Assembly (NCBI GenBank): GCA_035605955.1
Contig: DATNGI010000066.1
Span: 14,495 to 78,494, forward strand
Reading direction: 5' to 3'
Source of the DNA: Rhizomicrobium sp.
Lineage (GTDB): Bacteria; Pseudomonadota; Alphaproteobacteria; Micropepsales; Micropepsaceae
Length of the DNA stretch: 64,000 nucleotides
The notes under the pieces are model-generated. The model did not search any database, was not told the origin of the DNA, and saw only the letters and a list, made by a program, of their open reading frames with translations. A program made the translations under genes and the position numbers. Positions 1 to 9,048 of the stretch are shown one piece after another; position 1 is the first letter of the stretch; each line of letters begins with the position of its first letter.

Positions 1-2
1 AA

Positions 3-110
3 TGCGAATTCAGCGAAATCGGCCGCGATCCGCGCTTTCCTGCCGGCTGGTACATTATGCCGGGCGTGCTCTTGGGCCTGTTCCTGATTGTGGCGGTGAT
101 GCTGCTCTAG
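3..110 (+). CDS. 3' end of small membrane protein (partial, runs off window start)
   Basis: Frame 3 reads ...EFSEIGRDPRFPAGWYIMPGVLLGLFLIVAVMLL*, a hydrophobic C-terminal helix; TAG at 108-110. Confidence 0.5.
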   Translation, partial: CEFSEIGRDPRFPAGWYIMPGVLLGLFLIVAVMLL

Positions 111-143
111 GCGGACTATTTCGCCGCTGTTTCGCAGATTCGG

Positions 144-243
144 TTTATTGGTGCGCTTCGCACGCTTGTTTCATTGGTGTGCTTCGCACGCTTGTTTCAT
201 TGGTGTGCTTCGCACACTCATTTCATTGGTGTGCTTCGCACAC
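144..243. repeat. 26-bp tandem repeat x4 (TTTCATTGGTGTGCTTCGCACRCTYR), each copy with a GTGYGC-TTC-GCAC hairpin
   Basis: ATTGG recurs at 147, 173, 199 and 225 (period 26); no spacers; last copy encodes the C-terminus and stop of 223..738. Confidence 0.95.
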
Positions 244-738
244 GGGCCCAAAGCCATGGCCTGTCCAGGGCGCAAGGCGGGTACGCTTCTTTCCCTCCGC
301 CTCTCGCGTGCTGAATAACACCGGCGTTCCGCCGATGGTGGCGACACGCGCCTCGAAATAATCGTCAGCCTCGGGATTGAGGTTGGGCAGCGCCACCGAA
401 ATTAGCTTTCCTTTCTCCCGGTCGCCCAGCCGGTCGAAGGCCACGAAATATTCCGTCGGCAGTGTGCCTTCATAATGCAACGCCAGGCCCGCGCCGTCCT
501 TGCCCAGGGGATAAAGCTCGATCACTTGGTCCTGGAAGGTGGGATCTGTCTTGATCACAAACGGTTTCACATCGTCGGGAAAACTCGCCTGCGGCGTGAT
601 CGCTACGTCACCGCCGGACTTTGCCGCCTCCAGATGCCGAAGATCGCCGTCGCTGGAGACGATTTGGCAGATATCGGCCGCGCGCGCAGGCCACGCGATG
701 GCAAGGAACGCGACGGCGGCAAAAAATATTCTTGTCAT
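223..738 (-). CDS. Secreted hypothetical protein
   Basis: Signal peptide MTRIFFAAVAFLAIAWPARA; starts 4 bp after the stop of the spdH-like gene (same operon). Confidence 0.75.
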   Translation of the reverse strand: MTRIFFAAVAFLAIAWPARAADICQIVSSDGDLRHLEAAKSGGDVAITPQASFPDDVKPFVIKTDPTFQDQVIELYPLGKDGAGLALHYEGTLPTEYFVAFDRLGDREKGKLISVALPNLNPEADDYFEARVATIGGTPVLFSTREAEGKKRTRLAPWTGHGFGPVCEAHQ

Positions 739-742
739 GACG

Positions 743-2674
743 CTATCCCGCCAGCAACTCGCTCACCGCCCGATGCGCCTGGTCGATGGCGATATCGGTA
801 TAGGCCGCCATGCCGGAATCGGAATTGGCGATGGCAATGCGGCCGAATTGCTTGCGCGCGGCGAGATTGGGCGTGGTGGCATTGGTGCCGCCATCGGAGA
901 GGGCGTTATATTCCGGCGCATAGCCATGCGGCCAGCGATTGACGGCGATGCCCGCGATGTCGCGGTCGGGATCGAAGCCGCCAGGCCCCAACGCGCGGCC
1001 CAGCTGGTTGCGGATTTCCGTCTCGAATTTCTCGAACGGCGTGGAGAGGAGTTCGGCGCGGCCCGCCTTGTGCTGCTCGCGCTCCGGCAAGCCGGGCTGG
1101 GCCGGTGTGCGCACCATGCGGACCAGGATGGGGCCGTTGGGATCGCGGGCGGATTTGTAATCCCCGATATCCACCGGATTGTTGAGCGAGAAAGAGGTGT
1201 GATAGCCGCCCGGCGCTTCCACCGCGCGAATGCCCAGCTTGTGGAAGGCGCGCCAGTTGGTCAGCGCCACGCTGGTATAGACCAGCGGCGTCTTGATCAG
1301 CTTGTGCAGCGCGGCTTTCTGGTCGGCGGGAAGTTCCGGCACCAGATAGGGGATCATCATGTTCCAGCTTGCCAGCACACAGTCTTTTGCTCGCGCCCGC
1401 ATCACGGGCTTGCCGCCGCGTGCTTCGGTGTAGGCGACTTCGACGCCTTTGCCGGCGTTTCGCGCCCGCACCGCGATTTGATTCAAGCGAATTCGAATGG
1501 GCGCGCCGGGCGTATCGAGCTTGGAATAATCCGCCTGGGCCGTGACGATGTCGTGCGCGTCATGGCCGGAGATCGCGCCCGGGATCAAGGCGCGCACCAA
1601 CAGCCGCGCGATGGAAGCGTTGCCGTCGGGAAAATGAAAGCGGTAAGAGCCGCCGGTCTCCGAATAGCCCGCCGGGGTATAGCCCATGCGCGCGGTCGAG
1701 CCCTTTTTCAGTTTCAAGGCGTCAAAGCCCGGCAGGCCCACGCCCCAGCAATCCAGCGCCGTGATCGCATCGATGCCGCAGCCCCAGAGATCGTCGGTGC
1801 GGTGCTGATAAAGCGGCATGGCGCTGCGATCGGTGCCCAGCATCGCTACCAGGTAATAGTGGTAGGAGATACGGGAGAGTCGCTCGCGCTTCTCGTCGTT
1901 GGAAAGGCCGGGCAGGGCGTCGATGGCGCCGGTTTCGATGCGCAGTACCGACTCGCGCGCCTTTTCATTGAGCGGCGTCTTGGCCAGGAAGGCGCGCCAT
2001 TCTCTTTCGTTCCCGGGCTCGCCCACCACCAGCGCGTCTCTGCCGAACGTTTCCTTGTCGAAGAAGGTGGCGCGCTGAAGACCTTTATAGATCTCAGGTT
2101 TGCTGCAGGTCTTCTCCAGCGCTTCGGGCTCGACGCCCAGCGCTTTCATCAACCCATCGGCGACCTTGGAATAGGGATAGGGGCTGTCGATTTCGAGCGT
2201 GCCGCCGTTCAGCAGATAAGTGTGGCCGGCGACGTGGAACTCGTTGCGCTTGGCATGGCCGCCGAAATCGTCGTGATTGTCCAGGATCAGGATTTTCGCG
2301 TTGGACCTGGCCTGGCGATAGAAATAAGCGGCGGAAAGGCCCGAGATGCCGCCGCCCACCACGATCAAGTCGAAGTCTTCGCCGGTGTCATGCAGCGCCG
2401 TGGCGCCCTGCCAGAAATCGCCGTCGCGCAGCTCATGCGCCGCCTCGAAGCTGCCGGGATGGCTGCCGCGCAGGCCCAGGCGGGTGGGGGGGTAATAGTT
2501 CGGGTTATTTTGACCTACCGTTTCGCTACTTGAGGCCTGCTGCGAAAGCTTTTCAGCTTCAGCGGCGGCGGCGAGTTCAGGCGCAAGTCCCGCAGCCAAA
2601 GTGGTAATTGCCGCGCCCTGCAGAAAATCGCGCCGGGCAATGGGGCGGGAGGAGTTTTTATCGTTACCAGCCAT
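743..2674 (-). CDS. spdH: Tat-exported FAD-dependent oxidoreductase, spermidine dehydrogenase (SpdH)-like
   Basis: RRDFL twin-arginine signal; YYPP..GLRGSHPG.FE.AH; GGGISG FAD motif; HDDFGGHAKRNEF, FPDGNAS.AR and VNRW.HGY as recalled from Pseudomonas SpdH. Confidence 0.8.
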   Translation of the reverse strand: MAGNDKNSSRPIARRDFLQGAAITTLAAGLAPELAAAAEAEKLSQQASSSETVGQNNPNYYPPTRLGLRGSHPGSFEAAHELRDGDFWQGATALHDTGEDFDLIVVGGGISGLSAAYFYRQARSNAKILILDNHDDFGGHAKRNEFHVAGHTYLLNGGTLEIDSPYPYSKVADGLMKALGVEPEALEKTCSKPEIYKGLQRATFFDKETFGRDALVVGEPGNEREWRAFLAKTPLNEKARESVLRIETGAIDALPGLSNDEKRERLSRISYHYYLVAMLGTDRSAMPLYQHRTDDLWGCGIDAITALDCWGVGLPGFDALKLKKGSTARMGYTPAGYSETGGSYRFHFPDGNASIARLLVRALIPGAISGHDAHDIVTAQADYSKLDTPGAPIRIRLNQIAVRARNAGKGVEVAYTEARGGKPVMRARAKDCVLASWNMMIPYLVPELPADQKAALHKLIKTPLVYTSVALTNWRAFHKLGIRAVEAPGGYHTSFSLNNPVDIGDYKSARDPNGPILVRMVRTPAQPGLPEREQHKAGRAELLSTPFEKFETEIRNQLGRALGPGGFDPDRDIAGIAVNRWPHGYAPEYNALSDGGTNATTPNLAARKQFGRIAIANSDSGMAAYTDIAIDQAHRAVSELLAG

Positions 2675-2707
2675 CTGTGACGCGACTCTGTTGCCGTAAT
2701 TCTACTA

Positions 2708-2808
2708 TGTCATGGCCCGCAAATGCGGGCCATCCAGGTGACCCGGCCTCTCTTGCCAGGATCGTGCGCGGTTCAACTGGATGGCCCACACTCCGGTGGG
2801 CCATGACA
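2708..2808. repeat. Inverted REP doublet (REPIN-like) with GTCATGGCCC...GGGCCATCCA arms
   Basis: Left arm TGTCATGGCCCGCAAATGCGGGCCATCCAG (2708-2737); right arm CTGGATGGCCCACACTCCGGTGGGCCATGACA (2777-2808). Confidence 0.85.
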
Positions 2809-2898
2809 AATAAGGAGCGGGATTCGCGCCGGGCGATGGGGCGGGAGGAGCCGAGGCCAGTATCTTTTCCCGACATGGAACCTCTCACCGAAGAAAGC

Positions 2899-3231
2899 CT
2901 AGCTCGGCATGAAGCGTGTACCGTCCCAGAACCGAAACTCGACTTGTTCATCTCCATCTATTTGGCGCACGTCCCGTGCCGGATCATCGGTAATCCAAGC
3001 GTCTTTGATGTCGTGTTGGCTCTTAAGGACAGCAATGACCGCGTGGTTATTTAGCAGAGCATCAACAAATTCCTTGGCGCGCACCTCGGTGCTGGACCCG
3101 ACGCCCCCCACAAGAATGTCGGCATGCGTATGCCAGGGATAACCGTCAAAGCCCATCGTTATGTCGCCATCTCGTGATCGGACGATAAAGCGCAATATTC
3201 CATCGGGACTGATGTATTCGCTGTCGATCAC
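2899..3231 (-). CDS. Hypothetical protein
   Basis: 110-aa ORF with globular composition, 3 bp downstream of the symporter stop; lower GC than its neighbours. Confidence 0.65.
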   Translation of the reverse strand: MIDSEYISPDGILRFIVRSRDGDITMGFDGYPWHTHADILVGGVGSSTEVRAKEFVDALLNNHAVIAVLKSQHDIKDAWITDDPARDVRQIDGDEQVEFRFWDGTRFMPS

Positions 3232-3234
3232 CGT

Positions 3235-4488
3235 TCACACAATCGCTTCGGGCCGGGCGGCGATGGGCATCGGCCGGGCATTTTCCCATTTCGCCACCAC
3301 GGCGGAAGCCAAACCATTGCCGATCACATTGGTGGCGCTGCGTCCCATGTCCATCAGATGGTCCACCGCCAGAATGAGAAAGAGGCCCTGCTCCGGCAGG
3401 TTGAAATAAGGCAGTGTCGCCGCCACCACCACCAGCGAGGCGCGCGGCACGCCCGCGATGCCCTTGGACGTCACCATCAGCATCAACAGCATCAGGATCT
3501 GCTGCGAAATCGGCACATGGATGTTGTAGGCCTGGGCGATGAACATGGCAGCGAAGGTGCAGTACATGGTCGAGCCCACCAGATTGAACGAATAGCCCAG
3601 CGGCAGCACGAAGCTCACGATCTTGGAGGAGAAGCCCATCGCTTCCAGCGATTCCAGCAGCAGCGGGAAGGCGGCTTCGGAGGTCGAGGTGGAGAAGGCG
3701 ATCAGTGCAGGCGAGCGGATGGCTTTCAGCAAGGGCCGCATCTGCGCCCCCACCACCAGCCAGGCCACGAAGATCATCAGTGCGATCAGGAGCGAGATCG
3801 AGATATAGAAGTCGCCCACCAGTTTGGCATAGGTGACCAGAATGCCCACGCCTTGGGTCGAAATGGCGCTGGCGATGGCGGCGAAGATGGCGATGGGCGC
3901 GAACATCATCACATAGGTGGTGACCTTCAGGATCACGGTCGCCGCCTGCTCGATGACATGCAGCAGGGCCTTGGCCTTCTCGCCTACCGCCGAAATCGCG
4001 ATGCCGGCGAACAGCGAGAACACCACCACTTGCAGGATTTCGTTCCGCGCCATGGCGTCGATGATGGAGGAGGGGATCAAATGTTCCAGAAAGCCGCCCA
4101 CGCCTTGGGCCGGGCCGACGCCGGCTTCCGCCACGCTGCCCGCAGCCTGCGCCACGCCGGCGCCCAGGCCGGGCTGCAGGATGTTGACCATGACGAGCCC
4201 GATCAGCAACGCCACGAAGGACGCGGTCAAGAACCAGATCATGGCCTTGGTGCCGATGCGTCCCACCGTGGCGGCGCTTTCGATATGGCCGATGCCGGAC
4301 GTCAGCGTGGTGAGCACGAGCGGCGCGATGATCATCTTGATCAGGCGCAAGAAGATGTTGGTGACCTGGGAGAAGCCGTCTGCGGCCTGCTTGGCGCCGG
4401 CGGGCGAGGTTGCGCCATGCACGATCATGCCGGTGATGAAGCCAAGCACCATGGCCGCGATCACGAACATCACAAAGGAACGCTTCAT
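3235..4488 (-). CDS. Dicarboxylate/amino acid:cation symporter (DAACS, GltP/DctA family)
   Basis: FLRLIKMIIAPLV, AFSTSTSEAAFP, LPLGYSFNL.GS, SKGIAGVPRAS and DMGRSATNVIGN motifs; start trimmed to MKRSFVMF. Confidence 0.95.
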   Translation of the reverse strand: MKRSFVMFVIAAMVLGFITGMIVHGATSPAGAKQAADGFSQVTNIFLRLIKMIIAPLVLTTLTSGIGHIESAATVGRIGTKAMIWFLTASFVALLIGLVMVNILQPGLGAGVAQAAGSVAEAGVGPAQGVGGFLEHLIPSSIIDAMARNEILQVVVFSLFAGIAISAVGEKAKALLHVIEQAATVILKVTTYVMMFAPIAIFAAIASAISTQGVGILVTYAKLVGDFYISISLLIALMIFVAWLVVGAQMRPLLKAIRSPALIAFSTSTSEAAFPLLLESLEAMGFSSKIVSFVLPLGYSFNLVGSTMYCTFAAMFIAQAYNIHVPISQQILMLLMLMVTSKGIAGVPRASLVVVAATLPYFNLPEQGLFLILAVDHLMDMGRSATNVIGNGLASAVVAKWENARPMPIAARPEAIV

Positions 4489-4594
4489 CCCCTTAACCCT
4501 CTCGACATTTGGGCTTTTTCGCCCCGCTTTTGCGGCATGGTGCGGGTTTCGGGGAGGGCAGTCAAATAGTGCCGGCAGGCCGGACTTTGCCCTT

Positions 4595-4731
4595 CCTGTC
4601 ATCCCCGGCGAGCATCGGCTGCTGTGCAGACGATGCGAGGGAAGGGGATCCAGTCGTCAAAAACCTGAGCCCGTTGATAGACCTGGGTCCCCTTCCCTCG
4701 GCGCTGGTCGCGCCTCGCCGGGGATGACAGG
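4595..4731. repeat. Palindromic REP-doublet/MITE-like element
   Basis: Perfect 18-bp inverted ends CCTGTCATCCCCGGCGAG (4595-4612) and 4714-4731; inner 18-bp inverted repeat at 4636-4653 and 4683-4700 with one mismatch. Confidence 0.9.
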
Positions 4732-4800
4732 GGAGCTATGCAGCGCGTCCATTTCGACACTGCGCGAAGGACACCGTAAAAGGAACGCTTCGGGAGCGGC

Positions 4801-5685
4801 ATGTCACAAACACAGACAAAAAGCGGGACATGGCTGGCGGTGGCGGCGCTGTTGGTGTCGATCTTCTGCTTCCAGATCGGCGCCTCCATCGCCAAGGAGC
4901 TTTTCCCCAAGGTGGGCGCGCAAGGCACCGTGGCACTGCGCGTGGGCCTGTCGGCGGTGATGATGCTCTTGATCGGCCGGCCCTGGCGCGCGCCCTGGCG
5001 GGGCGCCAATTGGAAGGCGCTTCTGGTTTACGGCGGCGCACTGGGGTTGATGAATTTCCTCTTCTATATGGCGCTACGCACCATCCCGCTGGGAATCGCG
5101 GTGGCGCTGGAATTTTCAGGACCGCTTTCGGTCGCCTTGATCCATTCGCGCCGGGCGGTGGATTTTCTTTGGGTGGCGCTGGCAGTGGTCGGCCTTGCGA
5201 TCCTGTTGCCGATCCATCCGGGCGCGGCGCATCTGGATTGGACCGGCGTCGCTTTCGCGCTTGGCGCGGCGGTGTGTTGGGCGCTTTACATCGTTTTCGG
5301 CCAGAAGGCGGGCGCGAGTCTCGGCCAATATGCGACCGGGCTTGGCGTCGCCGTGGCGGCTTGCCTGATCTTTCCCATCGGCTATGCCCATGCGGGCCTG
5401 CGCCTGTTCGCGCCCGACGTGCTGCCGCTGGGTATCGCGGTGGCGATCCTCTCCAGCGCCTTTCCCTATTCGCTGGAGATGTTCGCGCTGACGCGGCTTC
5501 CCACCCAGGCCTTCGGCACCTTGATGAGCCTTGAGCCCGCGGCCGGCGCGCTGATCGGATTATTGCTCCTGGGCGAGCAGCTCAGTTTTTTGCAATGGAC
5601 CGCGATCCTGATCGTGATCCTGGCGTCGATGGGCACCGCGCTGACCGTGGAAAGCGGTGAGGCCCATCCGCGATTGCCGGACTAA
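4801..5685 (+). CDS. EamA/DMT family transporter, RhtA-like threonine/homoserine exporter
   Basis: QIGASIAKELF, RTIPLGIAVALEFSGPL, SSAFPYSLEM and FGTLMSLEPA; about 10 TM segments. Confidence 0.9.
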   Translation: MSQTQTKSGTWLAVAALLVSIFCFQIGASIAKELFPKVGAQGTVALRVGLSAVMMLLIGRPWRAPWRGANWKALLVYGGALGLMNFLFYMALRTIPLGIAVALEFSGPLSVALIHSRRAVDFLWVALAVVGLAILLPIHPGAAHLDWTGVAFALGAAVCWALYIVFGQKAGASLGQYATGLGVAVAACLIFPIGYAHAGLRLFAPDVLPLGIAVAILSSAFPYSLEMFALTRLPTQAFGTLMSLEPAAGALIGLLLLGEQLSFLQWTAILIVILASMGTALTVESGEAHPRLPD

Positions 5686-5993
5686 TGCGCGCGCTGACAT
5701 TCATTCTGCTTCTGCTGCCGGCGATGGCGCAGGCCGCGCCGGAAGATGATCTGGCGGCCATGGAGAAGAACTTGCCGTACGATGTCCGCGCCTTCCTCGC
5801 CCGCAAAGCCGAATGCAATCATTGGGCGGGCGAAGACGCCTATGACGCAGAGCGGGGTACGCAAATCGCCCAGGCCGTCGCACGGCTCAAATGCGAGCGG
5901 CTGGATACGGAAGAACAGGCCTTGCGCCGCCATCATGCCAAAGACGCAAGCATTCAGAAGGCCTTGACGATGGCCGCTGCGATCTATCAGTAG
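5685..5993 (+). CDS. Small secreted protein with a Cys pair
   Basis: Signal peptide; CNHWAGE..YD and LKCE motifs; start overlaps the upstream stop. Confidence 0.7.
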   Translation: MRALTFILLLLPAMAQAAPEDDLAAMEKNLPYDVRAFLARKAECNHWAGEDAYDAERGTQIAQAVARLKCERLDTEEQALRRHHAKDASIQKALTMAAAIYQ

Positions 5994-6018
5994 CGCTTTC
6001 GACTATCGCGCTTGCCGG

Positions 6019-6984
6019 TTACGGCGTCTTCGCCACCGCCTGGGGGGCGGCGGGCATTGCCACCGCCGCCTGATGCCGTTCCAGCCAGCGCACGATCAAG
6101 GATTCCAGCGCGATGCGGCGGTCGGAATAGGAATGATCCGTCGCCATATGTTCCTGCGTCACATCATTGTCGCCCGCTTTCTTGAGCGCGGCGGCCAGGC
6201 GCAGATTGTCGGGCGTCAAGCCGTCGTCGGCGGTGATGATGAGCGCGGGGCGGGATTTGAGTTCGCCAGTATAATCCACGAAATCCCATTTCGCGGCGTT
6301 GGCCACCACCTCATCCATCAAGGCGTCGGGCGTGGTGTTGAGCGGGATCACCTCGTCGGCGAAACCCGTCTCCAATTGTTTCTTGCGGAATTCCGGATCG
6401 GCGAAGCGCGGGCCTTGCGCCCCGATGTCCCAGGCCGAGATCATCACCAGCCCCGCCACGCGCGGGTCATGCGCGGTGGCGGACGCCGCCATCATGCCGC
6501 CCATGCTATGGCCGGCCACGAAGATGCGGCGGGGATCGAGATTGAATTTGGTGACATTGGCGGGATCGCGCAGGAAGGCGAGCGCGGCGTCGGAATCCTC
6601 CAGCGCGTTGGCGAACGAGAATTTGCCGGGGCTGCCCCAACTGCCGCGATAATGCAGCGTGAGCACGGTGAAGCCCGCGCGCCGCGCAGCCTGCGCCAAA
6701 TCCAGATTCTGCTCATTGCCGGGAAAGCCGTGGAACAGCAGCAGCACGGGATGGGGTGGGGCGCCCGACGCCGTATAGAGGATGGCGTTCATGTTGGCGC
6801 CATGGCTTGGGATGCGCACATCCACCATGCCGGCGGGATGCGCCTTGTCGGGATGGGGATCGAAGATCACCGCGTTGGGCGTCTGCGCCTCACGCATGGG
6901 CAGCGGCGGCTTGGGCGTCTCCGCGGCCTGGGCGGTGGCGGCGATGAGGCCAAGCAAGGCGGCTGTCCTTAGGATGGCGCGCAT
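6019..6984 (-). CDS. Secreted alpha/beta-fold serine hydrolase
   Basis: Signal peptide MRAILRTAALLG; HGFPG oxyanion motif; GHSMGG nucleophile; DHSY catalytic His. Confidence 0.9.
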   Translation of the reverse strand: MRAILRTAALLGLIAATAQAAETPKPPLPMREAQTPNAVIFDPHPDKAHPAGMVDVRIPSHGANMNAILYTASGAPPHPVLLLFHGFPGNEQNLDLAQAARRAGFTVLTLHYRGSWGSPGKFSFANALEDSDAALAFLRDPANVTKFNLDPRRIFVAGHSMGGMMAASATAHDPRVAGLVMISAWDIGAQGPRFADPEFRKKQLETGFADEVIPLNTTPDALMDEVVANAAKWDFVDYTGELKSRPALIITADDGLTPDNLRLAAALKKAGDNDVTQEHMATDHSYSDRRIALESLIVRWLERHQAAVAMPAAPQAVAKTP

Positions 6985-7240
6985 GGGGGAATCCTTTCGA
7001 AGGGTTCCTGAGCTTAGCCAAGGCTCTTGGAACCGCCAAGTGCGTGTCCAGCCTTGCTTTTCACGCATAAGCCGTCCCAGCGGAAACCCCATGTTAACAC
7101 CGTAAGGTGCTTCAAGCCGGGGCATGGAAATGTTTTAATCTGGCACAGTTCATATGCCGGCCGGGGGTCTTGGCCGGCATCTTCTTTTTATTTGCGCATT
7201 TTTGCCGGCTTGCCGGCGCCCGAGGATTTCAGGGGATTTC

Positions 7241-7312
7241 ATGAGCGAGAAGCGGTCCTTCACGCTGGACGCCATGCGGGGCATCGCCGTGAGCAGACGT
7301 CGAGCGATCTGA
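7241..7312 (+). pseudogene. 5' remnant of an acyltransferase-3 (OafA/YrhL-like) gene
   Basis: RBS AGGGGA then MSEKRSFTLDAMRGIAV, matching the family's R...LD.LRGIA N-terminal motif; stops after 23 codons. Confidence 0.6.
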
Positions 7313-7324
7313 AAAGCGCTCTCC

Positions 7325-8974
7325 ATGATGCATGCCCCCGCGCGTGACTTGAGACGTCAATCCGGCGAAGCGACGTTTGTTCGCGTGCCGCCGGTCTTGA
7401 CTGCCTTTGCCGCGCTTCTGGGCCGGCGGCCTTATCTTGGCGCGGCGGGATTGTTTTTGGTGGCGTTGGTGCCGCTTCTGGCGACGCCGGTTCTGCCCTT
7501 GATCGATCACTATAATCACGTGGCGCGCTTTTATGTGCTGTCGCACCTGACCAGCGATCCGCTGTTGGCGGCGAATTTCAAGGCGCATTGGGCGCTTCTG
7601 CCCGACATCGGGCTTGATGTGGTCGCCACGCCGCTCTTGGCGGTGCTGCCACCTTTGCCTGCGGCGCATCTGCTCGCCGTCCTGGTGATGGCGGTGCTTT
7701 TTAGCGGCGTGCTTTATTTCAACCGTGCGCTGACGGGGCGGCCCCAGCCCTTGGTGGCGCTGCTGATGGTGCCGCTGCTCTATAGTTATGTCTTCAATTG
7801 GGGCTTCTCCAATTACATCCTGGCTGAGGGCGCGGCGTTCTGGGCGGCGGGCTGGTGGGTCGCCAATCGCGCCCATCCCATCAAGGCCACGCCGGTCGCG
7901 ATCATTTTCGCGTTTCTGATCTTCCTCTGCCACGCCATGGCGTTCGCGCTTTACGGCATCATGCTGGGGTTGCTGGAGATCGGCTTCTTCCTGCGGGCCA
8001 GGCCGCGTCAGGCGCGCGATCTTCTGATGCGGTTGTCGCTGCTGTTGCTTCAGGCCGTGGTGCCGGTTCTCTTGTTCGTGGCCTGGGAGCAGAGCCGCTC
8101 CGGCGAGGCGGCGATCGTGCATCATTCCGGCTTTGGGGCCGCCAGCTATCTCCACAATTTGACGCCGCGCCCGGGTCATATCGGCCTTCGGCGGCTTCAG
8201 ACCATTTTGCGGGTGGAGGAGGGGCCGGCCTATTGGTTCGACATCCTGACATTCCTGTTGCAGCTCGCGGCGATCGGGTTCCTGTTCTGGCGGCGCAGAG
8301 CGGCGCTGACGCGGACCGCATGGCTGCTTGTGGCGGCGGGGCTGCTGATGATCGTCTTCGTGCCCACCATGATGTTCGGGGTGAATTACATCGCCGACCG
8401 CATGCCGCTATTCGCCGCGCTGTTGCTTTTGGGCGCGCTGCAAGTCTCGCAAGAAGTCTGGTCTGGCCGGGAGCGTCTGGCTTGCACGCTTCTGGCCGCT
8501 GTCATGCTGGCGCGTATCGGCGCGACAGCGGTGCAATGGCGTGGCTATGGTGAGGATTACCGCCAGTTCCAAAGCGTGGCGGCGCACCTTCCGCCCGGCG
8601 CTTTCACGCTCAACTTGGCGTTGGGCGCGGGCCGCCATGAAACCGAGATTCCCCGCTGCGAGATGTATGGCGGGCTTCTGATCGCCCAATATCGCCAGAT
8701 CGGCCCGCTTTTCGCTTTCAAAGGCCAGCATCCCGTGCTGCTCGCGGGACAGCTGCAGCAGAATGTCGCGCGCCTGGAGCAGGATGCGGCTGCGGCCGAG
8801 GAACGGATCGGCGATGGCAGGGCTTATATGATGGCGGCCCGGTCCGCCGGGTTCGATTATCTTTTGCTCTGCAATGCCCAGCTTCTGGCGGGTCCGCCGC
8901 CGGCCGGGTTTTCAGTGCTCGCGCGCACACAGCGCTTCCTGCTGATGCGCATGAAGGCGGGCGTCACAAATTGA
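7325..8974 (+). CDS. Polytopic membrane protein, GT-C-like (paralog of 10460..12028)
   Basis: LPLID.YNH.ARF, HWALLPD.G.D, YSYV.NWGF.N and RHET..PRCEMYG shared with 10460..12028; many TM segments. Confidence 0.75.
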   Translation: MMHAPARDLRRQSGEATFVRVPPVLTAFAALLGRRPYLGAAGLFLVALVPLLATPVLPLIDHYNHVARFYVLSHLTSDPLLAANFKAHWALLPDIGLDVVATPLLAVLPPLPAAHLLAVLVMAVLFSGVLYFNRALTGRPQPLVALLMVPLLYSYVFNWGFSNYILAEGAAFWAAGWWVANRAHPIKATPVAIIFAFLIFLCHAMAFALYGIMLGLLEIGFFLRARPRQARDLLMRLSLLLLQAVVPVLLFVAWEQSRSGEAAIVHHSGFGAASYLHNLTPRPGHIGLRRLQTILRVEEGPAYWFDILTFLLQLAAIGFLFWRRRAALTRTAWLLVAAGLLMIVFVPTMMFGVNYIADRMPLFAALLLLGALQVSQEVWSGRERLACTLLAAVMLARIGATAVQWRGYGEDYRQFQSVAAHLPPGAFTLNLALGAGRHETEIPRCEMYGGLLIAQYRQIGPLFAFKGQHPVLLAGQLQQNVARLEQDAAAAEERIGDGRAYMMAARSAGFDYLLLCNAQLLAGPPPAGFSVLARTQRFLLMRMKAGVTN

Positions 8975-9048
8975 TCATGTTCCGGCAAGACGTCCGCTGC
9001 GGCCGACGCGCCGGAGGTGAAGTTCGGCGCGATTGAGGACGAAGTTGA

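Noticed and set aside
144-243. Possible CRISPR array
   Set aside because: Units are contiguous with no unique spacers, there are no cas genes, and the unit derives from a gene 3' end
539-2533. Long antisense or alternate-frame ORFs (e.g. 539..2533, 24462..26267, 29818..30813, 31719..33233, 34074..35684, 41048..42874)
   Set aside because: Shadow ORFs of high-GC genes; they overlap well-supported CDSs and lack motifs
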